DNA of 64,000 bases from Flavobacteriales bacterium (GTDB taxonomy: Bacteria; Bacteroidota; Bacteroidia; Palsa-965). The position numbers and the translations under genes were made by a program. The notes below the pieces were generated by a model. It was given only the letters and a program-made list of their open reading frames with translations, searched no databases and had not been told where the DNA came from. Shown here in pieces: positions 9,384 to 19,080 of the stretch; position 1 is the first letter of the stretch; each line of letters starts with the position of its first letter. The stretch lies in NCBI GenBank assembly GCA_040377305.1, contig JBEIPA010000019.1, positions 39,961 through 103,960 of the forward strand, written 5' to 3'.

Positions 9384-10180
9384 GGATTCTGATTTGAAGT
9401 ATCACCACTAATCTTCGCCTTGTCGAATGTGACGCGAAGATCAACAGTTGTACCTGGTATTATTTTTCTACCGGCTCCGGGAGCAGGAACCTGTTCGTAA
9501 ACTATTGCATTCAATGTGTCTTTCACGCCATCGTCAGGGATAACCATCCATTCGAGATTCATGTCCATCAGTTTGCCTCGCGCCTGACGGAAAGTTAAAC
9601 CAACAAGACTCGGAACACTGATGTCGGTAGAGCTTTCTTCCCCTTTTCCAACATGAAGATTTATTCCCTGACCTTTTTCAATCGGTGTTCCCGGTTCAAT
9701 GTATTTCCCATTGTACAATTGGTTTACAACAGCACCGCGATTCGGATCGTCAACTTCCTTAAACGTTGGTTTCAATCCGTAACTCTCGCAGATGTATTGT
9801 GCCTGTCGTTGCGACAAATCGATCAGCTTCGGCATCGCAATCATCGGCGGAACGATAGACGTGGTGTACAGATAAACCATACGCCCCGACTTCACACTGT
9901 CGCCGGGAGCAGGATCCTGTCGAATTACAACTCCTTTTGCTTTTTGCGGATCCCACAGTGAATCTACAATCGTGTAGCGAATATCTTTTTCCGTTGTGAA
10001 TTCTTCGAGTTGCGTATACTGCATGTCGATGAAATCAGGCACTTCAACAAACTCATCGTGACGGGTAAAACTTTCCATCCACGCAAAAGTTGCCCATAGG
10101 AAAACGAAGAGAATGATTCCAGCGAAAAATATGCTGATGATCAACGGACGTTTTTTCAATATACCTATGAACTTCTTCAT
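9380..10180 (-). CDS. PASTA domain-containing membrane protein (3 PASTA repeats)
   Basis: N-terminal TM; VPDFIDM, MPKLIDLS, VPSLVGLT with Q-x-P-x-PG segments; ATG 10180 lies just after the ddl stop. Confidence 0.9.
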   Translation of the reverse strand: MKKFIGILKKRPLIISIFFAGIILFVFLWATFAWMESFTRHDEFVEVPDFIDMQYTQLEEFTTEKDIRYTIVDSLWDPQKAKGVVIRQDPAPGDSVKSGRMVYLYTTSIVPPMIAMPKLIDLSQRQAQYICESYGLKPTFKEVDDPNRGAVVNQLYNGKYIEPGTPIEKGQGINLHVGKGEESSTDISVPSLVGLTFRQARGKLMDMNLEWMVIPDDGVKDTLNAIVYEQVPAPGAGRKIIPGTTVDLRVTFDKAKISGDTSNQNP

Positions 10181-10181
10181 G

Positions 10182-12875
10182 CTATGCAGGAACTTTTGGG
10201 GAACGCTCTTTCCGGCGGAATGAGAAATCCAGGATTTTGTCAATGAACTCGTAAGGCTTGTATGCGTTAATCGCTGCCTGGTGGAAAATGCATGTTGCAG
10301 GAGTCATTCCCGGTAAGGAATTAACTTCTACAAAAATGACTTCCACTTTATCGGGGTTGTAAATGCGAACAAAAGCATCGATGCGCGTATAGCCTTGTAT
10401 GTTGAGAAGACGTGCTGCTGCACCCAAAGTTGCCTTCACATGATCAGATATTTTCTGGCGATTTTGGGAATTGGCATCATACCTCGCAGGAGTGATATTC
10501 TGACCTTGACCGGCGAGGAACTTCTCCTCCAGTGAAAGGACTTCTCCCTCTGAAAGCGCCTCAGAAGCCTCAAAAACTTCGTATTCCACTTCACCATTCG
10601 AACCGTAACGCGTTAGCATTCCACCCGTAATCTCGAGAAAATGCGGTGCGTCTTTTCGGCTAATGAGCTCTTCCACAAGGAAAACCTTCTTCAGTGGAAA
10701 CTCTTCCTTGGCTTTGATCTTCAAAATCTCTGCCGACTTCGGATCCAACTCCTCCGACTTCCGGAAAATCAAATTCACGAAAGCTTCAAATTCTTCTTTC
10801 GTTTTGATCTTACGCACTGCAGAACTGCAACCATCATCAACCGGTTTTGCGATGAATGGCCATTTGATATTCGCGTCTATCGCAGCCATGATTCCGGCTT
10901 TGTTCGTCGCCCACTCTTCTTCAGTCACGAGCATGTGTTCTGCAATGAGGAATCCGTTCTTGCGAAGAATCTCATTCGTCGTGTACTTGTCGATTGTGAT
11001 CTCCGAACTTTCCTGGCCGGAACCGTTGTAAGGAATTCCTAGTGCTTCCAGTTTCGATTGCACTGCACCATCTTCACCCGGACGACCATGCAAGCCAATG
11101 AAAACTGCATCAGCATATTCACCGAGCTCTTCATACGTCAAACGTTTCGGTGCGGCAAGTGCATCGCTTGATGAATATCGTTTCGTAATGTCGGAACACT
11201 TCGCGATGATGTTTTTAATCACCGGATGCACTTTCCATTGCGTAATTTTTTCCTTGATGTCGTCGGCATTATCCTTGAGCAGCACATTGATCGGAACGTG
11301 ATACAGTTCGTGATTGTCAGTTCCACCTGTGAGAAAAACCGGAATCGGCTGATATTTTGTCGACGATGCAAGCTTCTCGTAAATATTTCTTCCGCTCTCT
11401 ACGGAGATGTGACGTTCCGAAGAATATCCGCCAAAGAGAACAGCTACGCGCGTTTTGTTTGATGCAAGATTGCGCGCGGCAGTCATTGCATCGTCCAATG
11501 TTTTCAGAATGGAATCGTAGCGATGTCCGTTCTTGTCGGCTTTAATTCGCGATATGAGTGAAGTGCGAATAATGAAGCTCAGAAACTGCGATGGATTCAA
11601 TCCGATTTCAGCAGCCTGGTGAAAGAAGAACGATGAAGGCATCATTCCCGAAGTTGTATTCGGATCGTTGAGGAAAATGGTTCCCTCTTTCGAAATGAAT
11701 CCGTCGATACGTGCGTAGACATCGAAACCAAGTGTCAAGAATAGTTTCTCGCAGGACTGACGAATCTTTTCGATTTGTTCATCCGGCAATTCTATTGGAG
11801 TAATCTTGCGTGAAAGCCCGGGCAGATATTTCGAACGGTAATCGAACAACTCTTTTCCTTTACGTATTTCCGTTGGAGGAAGCGCAACCGGATTGTTCTG
11901 CTCGTCCTGCACCACAATGCAGGAGAATTCTTTTCCTTCGATGAAGCCTTCGATGAGGATTTCACTTTCAGCATCAAGTGCTTCGAGTGTAATCTCTTTC
12001 ATTCCGGACTTCAATATTGAATTGAGCTTCGCTTCAAGGGCATCCGGATGATAAATGGCTTCACCATTCAGGAGAACAGGCAGACCGATTCCTTCACGAA
12101 TATCAGAAGCCGTTCGAATCCATTCGTTCTTCTCGTCAGCAGATTTTGTATTCCATTCGCCGGCAGAAATTGTTTTGCAGAAGAATGCTTTGCCAACTGC
12201 TTCTGCAAATGCAGGTTCAGATTCGGCAGTGATTATTGAAATTCCTATCGAAGATCCTTGTGTTGCAGCTTTCACTACAAGCGGAAATCCGATTTCAGTT
12301 TTTGCTTTGTTGTAAATCGCGGAAATGTTTCCCGAAGTAAAATCGTTTCGGCTAACCGTGATGAACTTCGGTGAAGGAAATCCTGCCGCAACCATTAATT
12401 TCTTCTGCACGGGTTTATCAATACCAATTGCAGAAGGAAGAATGCCGGAACCAGAATAAGCTATTCCGTGATATTCGAGCAAACCCTGAATCTTTCCGTC
12501 TTCACCGAAAGGTCCGTGCAAACACAGGAATGCAAAATCAAAATGCTTTTTGAAATCACCAGCGTTTAACGGAGTGCCGAGACGTTTCATCATTTCCAGC
12601 TGAACATCTTCAGAAGGATTCAATGACTCTGCATAAACCTGAAATTCGCCTGGAGACGCAGGTACAAATTCAACCGGCGGATAAAAATCGCGAATGCTGC
12701 CTTTGTAAACGAATTCCCAATTCAGAAGAATGAATCGATTGAAACTGTCCACGAAAATGGGCACAGCTTCGAACAGCGATTTATCGAGATTATCATAAAC
12801 GGTTCGGCCGCCAGCAAAAGAGATTTCACGCTCTCGCGATGAGGCTCCGAAAATGATTCCAACACGAACTTTCAT
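10182..12875 (-). CDS. ddl: D-alanine--D-alanine ligase family protein with two tandem Ddl modules (897 aa)
   Basis: Every Ddl motif occurs twice: GASSREREIS/GGYSSERHIS, LHGPFGEDG/LHGRPGEDG, QGSSIG/DGCSSA, RIDGF/RIDAF, DPNTTSGM/EVNSLPGM. Confidence 0.9.
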   Translation of the reverse strand: MKVRVGIIFGASSREREISFAGGRTVYDNLDKSLFEAVPIFVDSFNRFILLNWEFVYKGSIRDFYPPVEFVPASPGEFQVYAESLNPSEDVQLEMMKRLGTPLNAGDFKKHFDFAFLCLHGPFGEDGKIQGLLEYHGIAYSGSGILPSAIGIDKPVQKKLMVAAGFPSPKFITVSRNDFTSGNISAIYNKAKTEIGFPLVVKAATQGSSIGISIITAESEPAFAEAVGKAFFCKTISAGEWNTKSADEKNEWIRTASDIREGIGLPVLLNGEAIYHPDALEAKLNSILKSGMKEITLEALDAESEILIEGFIEGKEFSCIVVQDEQNNPVALPPTEIRKGKELFDYRSKYLPGLSRKITPIELPDEQIEKIRQSCEKLFLTLGFDVYARIDGFISKEGTIFLNDPNTTSGMMPSSFFFHQAAEIGLNPSQFLSFIIRTSLISRIKADKNGHRYDSILKTLDDAMTAARNLASNKTRVAVLFGGYSSERHISVESGRNIYEKLASSTKYQPIPVFLTGGTDNHELYHVPINVLLKDNADDIKEKITQWKVHPVIKNIIAKCSDITKRYSSSDALAAPKRLTYEELGEYADAVFIGLHGRPGEDGAVQSKLEALGIPYNGSGQESSEITIDKYTTNEILRKNGFLIAEHMLVTEEEWATNKAGIMAAIDANIKWPFIAKPVDDGCSSAVRKIKTKEEFEAFVNLIFRKSEELDPKSAEILKIKAKEEFPLKKVFLVEELISRKDAPHFLEITGGMLTRYGSNGEVEYEVFEASEALSEGEVLSLEEKFLAGQGQNITPARYDANSQNRQKISDHVKATLGAAARLLNIQGYTRIDAFVRIYNPDKVEVIFVEVNSLPGMTPATCIFHQAAINAYKPYEFIDKILDFSFRRKERSPKVPA

Positions 12876-12882
12876 AGGTCAA

Positions 12883-12890
12883 CAAAGATA
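12883..12890 (-). promoter_or_regulatory. Bacteroidota -7 promoter box (TATCTTTG) for ddl
   Basis: Exact TAnnTTTG match 7 nt upstream of the ATG. Confidence 0.6.
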
Positions 12891-12993
12891 ATTGTTTGAA
12901 AGCCGGTTTTGGCTCTAAAAAGCCTTGGTTTTCAATAAGTGTTGTTGATAAATCCACAAGTGTCGTACTACCTAGATCAACATCCTCTTCTTT

Positions 12994-13060
12994 AACCACA
13001 AAGTCGCGAAGCCGCTAAGGCACGCAAAGAATAATCTGCGTAATCTGCGAATCTGCGGCA
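12994..13060. repeat. Short-period repeats (CACnAAG-type and AATCTGCG x3) downstream of rdgB
   Basis: accacaaagtcgcgaagccgctaaggcacgcaaag followed by taatctgcg-taatctgcg-aatctgcg. Confidence 0.55.
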
Positions 13061-13066
13061 AATATT

Positions 13067-13642
13067 TTACTGCTGATTAAGGTAGTCAAGTAGTTTTTTG
13101 ACCGCTCGGGCCCTATGACTCCACTGATTTTTCTCTTCCAGCGTCATCTCCGCAAATGTCTTTTCGCTGCCATCCGGAACGAAAATCGGGTCGTAACCGA
13201 AGCCTTTTTCGCCTCTGGGTTCCGTGATAATCGAGCCGTTTACTATTCCTTCGAACAAGTGTTGCTCGCCATTTCGGATTAACGCAATAACCGTCCGAAA
13301 TTGTGCTTTTCTATTGGCAATTCCGGTCAACTCCTTGAGCACTTTTGCGCAATTATCAGCCGCATTCTTCTGTTCACCTGCATAACGGGCCGAAATAACC
13401 CCGGGAGCACCATTCAACGCTTCGATCTCGAGTCCAGTGTCATCCGCAAATGCAGATTCGCCTGTTTTATCTGCAACAAAAACTGCTTTCTGAACAGCAT
13501 TTTCCTCCAACGTCTCCCCTGTTTCTTCCAGTTCTTCGCTGGTAACCGCATCAATTCCCATCAGTTCAATTCCCACAGGAAGAACCGAGGAAATTTCTTT
13601 GATCTTATTCTGATTTTGGGAGGCAAAGTAGATTTTACTCAT
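13067..13642 (-). CDS. rdgB: RdgB/HAM1 non-canonical purine NTP pyrophosphatase
   Basis: FASQNQNKIKE, ADDTGLEIEALNGAPGVISARYAG, GFGYDPIF, SHRARA. Confidence 0.95.
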   Translation of the reverse strand: MSKIYFASQNQNKIKEISSVLPVGIELMGIDAVTSEELEETGETLEENAVQKAVFVADKTGESAFADDTGLEIEALNGAPGVISARYAGEQKNAADNCAKVLKELTGIANRKAQFRTVIALIRNGEQHLFEGIVNGSIITEPRGEKGFGYDPIFVPDGSEKTFAEMTLEEKNQWSHRARAVKKLLDYLNQQ

Positions 13643-13694
13643 CGATATCATTTTCAATTTTCGGATTCCTGAACCATGAAGATACCACCCGGTT

Positions 13695-14825
13695 TCATCG
13701 CTTATAAAACGAGCTGATTGCATCACATACGCGATCTACATCAGCAATTTCTAAATCGTAATACATCGGCAAACGCAACAAGCAATACATGAAGCGATCG
13801 CTGTTTGGTAATTCTCGTCCATCATGCTGCTTTGAAAAATACGGACTGCTGTGCAGCGATAAGTAATGAAACACGGCATCAATTCCTTTGACAGAAAGAT
13901 GCTTTGTTAACGCTGTTCTTTCTTCAAGCGATTTGCACGTGATGTAAAACAAATGCCCGTTTCCGCTGATGTGCGGCGACAAACCAAGTAGCCCATCTTG
14001 TGCAAGCGGTTGCAACTTTTCATTGTATCGTGCACACAAAACCGTGCGTTTGAGAGTAACTGCCTCTGCTTTCTCTAATTGTGCCGCCAGTATTGCTGCA
14101 CTGAATTCGGACATCAGATAAGAAGAGCCAATATCTACCCAGCTGTAATGGTCCGTTTCCATGCGTGAAAACGCTTTACGGTTGGTTCCCTTTTCCCGAA
14201 TAATTTCAGCCCGCTGCTGCAGCGATTTGTCATTGATGGTAATTAATCCACCTTCACCGCACGACACATTTTTTGTCTCGTGAAATGACATAGTTCCAAT
14301 TGATCCGAATGTGCCGAGATATTTTTCATTGTGAGCTGCATAGAAACCATGAGCGGCATCTTCAACAATGTGAATGCCATTTTTCAACGCAATCGATGAC
14401 AACGCATCCATGTCACAACCCACACCGCCGTAATGAACAACCACGATGGCTTTCGTTTTAGGCGTAACGAGTTTTGTAACTTCATTCGCATCAATATTCG
14501 GATGATCTGCACAGCTATCTGCAAATACAATCTTTGCCCCACGCAATGCAAATGCATTTGCTGTTGAAACAAACGTGTAGGATGGCATGATGACTTCATC
14601 TCCAGGTTGAATATTCAGCAACAAAGCCGCCATCTCCAGAGCATGAGTACACGAAGGGGTGAGCAAAGTCTTTCCGAAACCGAATTTCTGCTCGAAGAAC
14701 TGTTCGCAGTTGCGGGTGAACACGCCGTCGCCGGAGAATTTTCTGCTGGCGATTACGTGCTGAACATTTTCAGCTTCCTTGCCGGAAACAAAAGGGCGAT
14801 TGAAAAAAATGTGAGCGGATGACAC
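13695..14825 (-). CDS. rffA: dTDP-4-amino-4,6-dideoxygalactose transaminase (WecE/RffA)
   Basis: LLTPSCTHALEMAALL, PSYTFVSTANAF, SFHETKN, IIREKGTNR, WVDIGSSYL. Confidence 0.9.
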   Translation of the reverse strand: MSSAHIFFNRPFVSGKEAENVQHVIASRKFSGDGVFTRNCEQFFEQKFGFGKTLLTPSCTHALEMAALLLNIQPGDEVIMPSYTFVSTANAFALRGAKIVFADSCADHPNIDANEVTKLVTPKTKAIVVVHYGGVGCDMDALSSIALKNGIHIVEDAAHGFYAAHNEKYLGTFGSIGTMSFHETKNVSCGEGGLITINDKSLQQRAEIIREKGTNRKAFSRMETDHYSWVDIGSSYLMSEFSAAILAAQLEKAEAVTLKRTVLCARYNEKLQPLAQDGLLGLSPHISGNGHLFYITCKSLEERTALTKHLSVKGIDAVFHYLSLHSSPYFSKQHDGRELPNSDRFMYCLLRLPMYYDLEIADVDRVCDAISSFYKR

Positions 14826-14921
14826 TGGTATAAAGATAACATTCCCATCCTAGTAGTAAATCCAGGACAATCTCATTCTTACATAATTCCTATCTTGTCT
14901 CACTACTTTCCCCGTTGAAAC

Positions 14922-16064
14922 GTGAAGCTGAATAACACACATTTTCCCAATCTGGATGCTGTAAGAGGCTTTGCTTGTCTCATCGTTTTTGTCGCACACT
15001 TTTTCGAGTATGTCAATAACAGGGATCTTTCGGCCGTCGAACAGTGGGGCTATATTCATCTTATTCAAGGTGCTGGCGCCATGGGTGTAAGCCTGTTCTT
15101 TGTGCTTAGTGGATTTCTCATTACATATTTGCTCATCCGCGAGAAAGAAGCACGCAAGACTATTCATGTCGGATTCTTCTACATGAAACGAATTCTGAGA
15201 ATATGGCCCTTATTCTTTCTGATCGTCCTCATTACCTTTTTCATTTTCCCGCTGGCCACTGGTCGCTATGACGGAGAGCTCACGAGACAACACCTTCCCT
15301 GGTTTTTAACTTTCACAATTAATTTCGACCGGATTCTCACAAACTTCTTCGGTATTGGAAATGATTGCGCAGGTGTTCTGTGGTCTGTAGCGGTTGAGGA
15401 GCAGTTCTACATTGTATGGCCGCTCATTGTTCTCATTTTCCGAAAGCGTTCATTTCCCATTGTTGCAATTTTAATTGTAATTGGATCTGCGCTATTCAGA
15501 CACGTTTATAAAACGGACAATGACATGTTGCTCTATCATACCGCAAGTGTTGCCGGTGATTTAGCACTCGGTGGACTCGCAGCATATTATGGCTTTTATT
15601 CTGAAGCATTCCGCAATTTTTTCAGAAATCGCCCTACCTGGTTTCGCGCAAGTATGTTGGCAGGTATAGTGTTTGTTTTTGCCAATCACTATCTATTGTT
15701 GCATGCACCTATTACTGCAGTTGCAGGTAGATTCATACTCGCTTTCAGCTTTGCTTTGCTAATTAGCGATCAATGTTTCGGAAATCCCAAACAATTCTCT
15801 GCTGGCCGTATTCCCTTTCTGTCCCAAATCGGGAACATCTCCTATGGTATTTACTGTTTTCACATGTTCCTGGTTGTAGGCGTACTGAAATTTAACCTTG
15901 CCATGGGATATGAACGACTGCCCGCATTGCTGTTTTACCTTGAAATGCTTTCTGCACTATTGCTCACTGTAGGTGTTTCCGCATTGAGTTATAGGTACTT
16001 CGAACGTCCTATTCTGAACTTCCGTTCACGCTTCGACTCCATGCGAGACTTGAACAAAGGATAA
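14922..16064 (+). CDS. Acyltransferase family 3 (OafA-like O-acyltransferase)
   Basis: LDAVRG, GVSLFFVLSGFLIT, RILRIWP, LWSVAVEEQFY, SYGIYCFH, SYRYFERP; about 10 TM. Confidence 0.92.
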   Translation: MKLNNTHFPNLDAVRGFACLIVFVAHFFEYVNNRDLSAVEQWGYIHLIQGAGAMGVSLFFVLSGFLITYLLIREKEARKTIHVGFFYMKRILRIWPLFFLIVLITFFIFPLATGRYDGELTRQHLPWFLTFTINFDRILTNFFGIGNDCAGVLWSVAVEEQFYIVWPLIVLIFRKRSFPIVAILIVIGSALFRHVYKTDNDMLLYHTASVAGDLALGGLAAYYGFYSEAFRNFFRNRPTWFRASMLAGIVFVFANHYLLLHAPITAVAGRFILAFSFALLISDQCFGNPKQFSAGRIPFLSQIGNISYGIYCFHMFLVVGVLKFNLAMGYERLPALLFYLEMLSALLLTVGVSALSYRYFERPILNFRSRFDSMRDLNKG

Positions 16065-16165
16065 CGACTCGTTCACCACGATTTGAACTTGCTTCCTCGT
16101 ATTTGCATCTGTCAATGGAAAAATCGCTGTATTTCGACGAATTGAGTATCTTGTACACCTAGAAT

Positions 16166-17074
16166 ATGTGCGCATTAGCTTCCAGAAATAGTGGTGGAAA
16201 AATCTCATTGATGATAGTTGGGGCTCAAAAAGCCGGAACTACTTCATTCAAAAATTATCTGGGACAACACCCCGCGTTGACCACGCACTATCAAAAGGAA
16301 TTCGCCTATTTCGTTGACGACTCCGAATTTCAAAGTGGTTATCCCGAAGCACTCTCCAAGTATTTTCCTAAATACGATCAAAATTCAATACTCATTGCCA
16401 AAAGTGCTGGTTTGTATATCCACGAACCTGGTCTCAAGCGCCTGAAAGAGCATAATCCTGATTGTAAACTTGTTTTCATTCTGAGGAATCCGGTGGAACG
16501 CACTTACTCCTCTTACCTGATGGAAAAAAATTACGGTGCAATACGGGAGCCTGTGGATGTGATTGATAAAATCATTCAGAAAAAAGATTCTACAGACTGG
16601 CGTTACGAGTTTTTCATCGGGATGAGTTTGTATGCACATCATCTGGAAATTGTCTATCGGTATTTCCCGAAGGAGCAGGTTCGTCTGATCCGTTTTGAAG
16701 ACTTGATTTCTACTCCGGCGAATTATTGCAAGAACATATTCGAATGGATGGGATTAGACAGTGATTTTGTGCCCGATACAACCGTTCGTCATAACGAAAC
16801 AACGGTAACGCGTTCTCAGACGTATGGCAAAATTCTCTTGCGCGTATTGAGTAATAAAAATCCGCTCAAATCTGTGATGCGGCATATATTACCTGGTCAG
16901 ATGGATTATCGTGTTGGGGAAGCCATGCGCAGAATTAATCGTACCGAAAAAAAGTACGATCCAATTCCTGAGAAAACACTTCTGAAGTTGCTTCACTTTT
17001 TCGAAGCACACAATAACAAGCTTAGTCAAATGACTGGTCTTGATTTCTCCTCATGGAATAATAAGCCGGAATAA
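16166..17074 (+). CDS. PAPS-dependent sulfotransferase
   Basis: 5'-PSB motif IVGAQKAGTTS and 3'-PB motif LRNPVERTYS. Confidence 0.9.
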   Translation: MCALASRNSGGKISLMIVGAQKAGTTSFKNYLGQHPALTTHYQKEFAYFVDDSEFQSGYPEALSKYFPKYDQNSILIAKSAGLYIHEPGLKRLKEHNPDCKLVFILRNPVERTYSSYLMEKNYGAIREPVDVIDKIIQKKDSTDWRYEFFIGMSLYAHHLEIVYRYFPKEQVRLIRFEDLISTPANYCKNIFEWMGLDSDFVPDTTVRHNETTVTRSQTYGKILLRVLSNKNPLKSVMRHILPGQMDYRVGEAMRRINRTEKKYDPIPEKTLLKLLHFFEAHNNKLSQMTGLDFSSWNNKPE

Positions 17075-17884
17075 ATGGAATACGAAATCAAGCCTACGGA
17101 AAAGTTCAGTCTCGGCACAAAGGAATTGTGGCAGTACCGCGAACTTTTCTATTTTTTCACATGGCGCGATATCCGGATTAAATACAAACAAACATTTCTC
17201 GGATTTGCATGGGCTTTGATCCAGCCACTCGCATTCATGTTGGTGTTTACAATGATCTTCGGGAAAAACATTTCCAACACAAGTGTGCCCTATCCGGTAT
17301 TTGCGTTCACAGGATTAGCGTTATGGAATATTTTTGCGACGGGAATCTCTGCTGCCGGAAACAGCATGGTCTCTAATTCGCACATCATCCGCAAAATCTA
17401 TTTTCCGCGTTTGATTATTCCGATCTCTTCGATACTCGTCGCGTTCTTCGATTTTCTCATGACCATACCTGTTATCATCGTGATGCTAGTGTGGTTCAAG
17501 TGCTCGCCAGATTGGGCTTCGATCTGGATGCTCCCAACTGCTTTGCTCTTTGCGGTCATCGGCACAGTTGGTCCTGGATGTCTGCTCGCTGCGTTGAATG
17601 TAAAATATCGTGATTTCCGCTACGTGATTCCCTTCCTCGTACAGTTCCTGTTGTTCGTTACACCGGTGATCTACCCGATTGATTTCATTGGGAACAAAAC
17701 ACTTCAGCATGTTCTCTCGCTCAATCCCATGTCGGCACCTATTTCCTTGTTCCGCGGATTTGTGTTGGGCACACCCGTGGAAATCATTCCATGTATTGTA
17801 AGTCTGTGCTCCGCCCTTTTCTTTTTTGCAATAGGAATTGCTGTGTTTCGCAAAACCGAAAGAACATTTGCTGATTTGGCATAA
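17075..17884 (+). CDS. wzm: ABC-2 polysaccharide exporter permease (Wzm)
   Basis: ELWQYREL, RDIRIKYKQTFLGFAWALIQP, KIYFPR, YRDFRY, TPVIYP, LNPM. Confidence 0.93.
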   Translation: MEYEIKPTEKFSLGTKELWQYRELFYFFTWRDIRIKYKQTFLGFAWALIQPLAFMLVFTMIFGKNISNTSVPYPVFAFTGLALWNIFATGISAAGNSMVSNSHIIRKIYFPRLIIPISSILVAFFDFLMTIPVIIVMLVWFKCSPDWASIWMLPTALLFAVIGTVGPGCLLAALNVKYRDFRYVIPFLVQFLLFVTPVIYPIDFIGNKTLQHVLSLNPMSAPISLFRGFVLGTPVEIIPCIVSLCSALFFFAIGIAVFRKTERTFADLA

Positions 17885-17886
17885 CC

Positions 17887-19080
17887 ATGAAACCGATACT
17901 TGAAATATCATCCGTTTCAAAAACATTTCGTCTTCAGCACGAACAACAGCCCTATTCCAGTCTTCGCGAGTCTATGATGGGAATATTCAGTCGGAGCAAA
18001 ACAACGAAGGAGACTTTTCACGCACTTGACAATATTAGTTTCAACGTCAACGCAGGAGAATCGATTGGAATTATCGGGAAGAACGGTGCGGGAAAATCAA
18101 CCTTACTCAAAATCCTTTCGCGGATTACACCTCCATCGTCGGGCACAATTACTGTACGTGGACGAATTGCCAGTCTGCTCGAAGTAGGAACGGGTTTTCA
18201 TCCGGAGCTTACGGGACGCGAAAATGTTTTTCTGAATGGATCCATTCTGGGAATGACGCGCCGGGAAATCGCCGCGAAATTTGATGAGATTGTTGATTTC
18301 TCCGGAACAGAAAGATTCCTGGATACACCATTGAAACATTTTTCAAGCGGAATGCAACTGCGTCTTGCGTTTGCAGTGGCTGCATTTCTTGAACCGGAAA
18401 TCCTCATCATCGACGAAGTGCTCGCTGTTGGTGATGCCGAATTTCAGAAGCGTTGCATTGGCAAAATGGAATCTGTAAGCAAAAGTGGTCGTACAGTTCT
18501 TTTCGTAAGCCACAATCTTGGAGCCGTTCAGGCATTGTGTGAGAAAACCATTTATTTACATCAGGGGAAAATAAAAGAATTCGCAAAGTCTGGTCCGGTC
18601 ATTCAACAATACCTGAATGAACAAAGCGGTCAGTCCACTGTAGTTCGGAAACTGAATGAAACAAAAAAATGTTTCGTTCACGAAGTTTCGTTTAATCAGG
18701 ATCAGGAAGCTGGTATTCTGAAACTTTCGGTAAAGGTTGAAAGCAAAATGCGCGGCCTGGTTGCTTTGGATATTCGATTAGCGAATATCAATATGGAGCC
18801 GGCAGCTTTTGGTTCTATTGGAACTTTTGATCCGGATCACAAACTCGCGTTCATTGAAGGTTCCAATATAATTTCAATGGAAATAAAAACCGATCAACTC
18901 GCAAACGGACTCTACTACGTTTCTATCGATCTGAAAGAACCGGATAAGGAATATTACGACCGTGCTGAGCAAGCGCTTCTCATTGAAATTGCGAATCAAC
19001 CTATCGTTCCTCACGGAAGAAGCATGCAGCTCGATTGGAATCTGGGCACAATGAAACTTGAAATTCAGCGGACGACATGA
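17887..19080 (+). CDS. wzt: Polysaccharide ABC transporter ATPase (Wzt) with a C-terminal extension
   Basis: Walker A GKNGAGKST, signature FSSGMQLRL, IIDEVLAVGD, VSHN; ~150-aa beta-rich Wzt_C-like tail. Confidence 0.95.
   Translation: MKPILEISSVSKTFRLQHEQQPYSSLRESMMGIFSRSKTTKETFHALDNISFNVNAGESIGIIGKNGAGKSTLLKILSRITPPSSGTITVRGRIASLLEVGTGFHPELTGRENVFLNGSILGMTRREIAAKFDEIVDFSGTERFLDTPLKHFSSGMQLRLAFAVAAFLEPEILIIDEVLAVGDAEFQKRCIGKMESVSKSGRTVLFVSHNLGAVQALCEKTIYLHQGKIKEFAKSGPVIQQYLNEQSGQSTVVRKLNETKKCFVHEVSFNQDQEAGILKLSVKVESKMRGLVALDIRLANINMEPAAFGSIGTFDPDHKLAFIEGSNIISMEIKTDQLANGLYYVSIDLKEPDKEYYDRAEQALLIEIANQPIVPHGRSMQLDWNLGTMKLEIQRTT

Noticed and set aside
10182-12875. Ddl duplication as an assembly artefact or van resistance cluster
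   Set aside because: The modules are strongly diverged within one continuous frame, and there are no vanH/X/R/S neighbours
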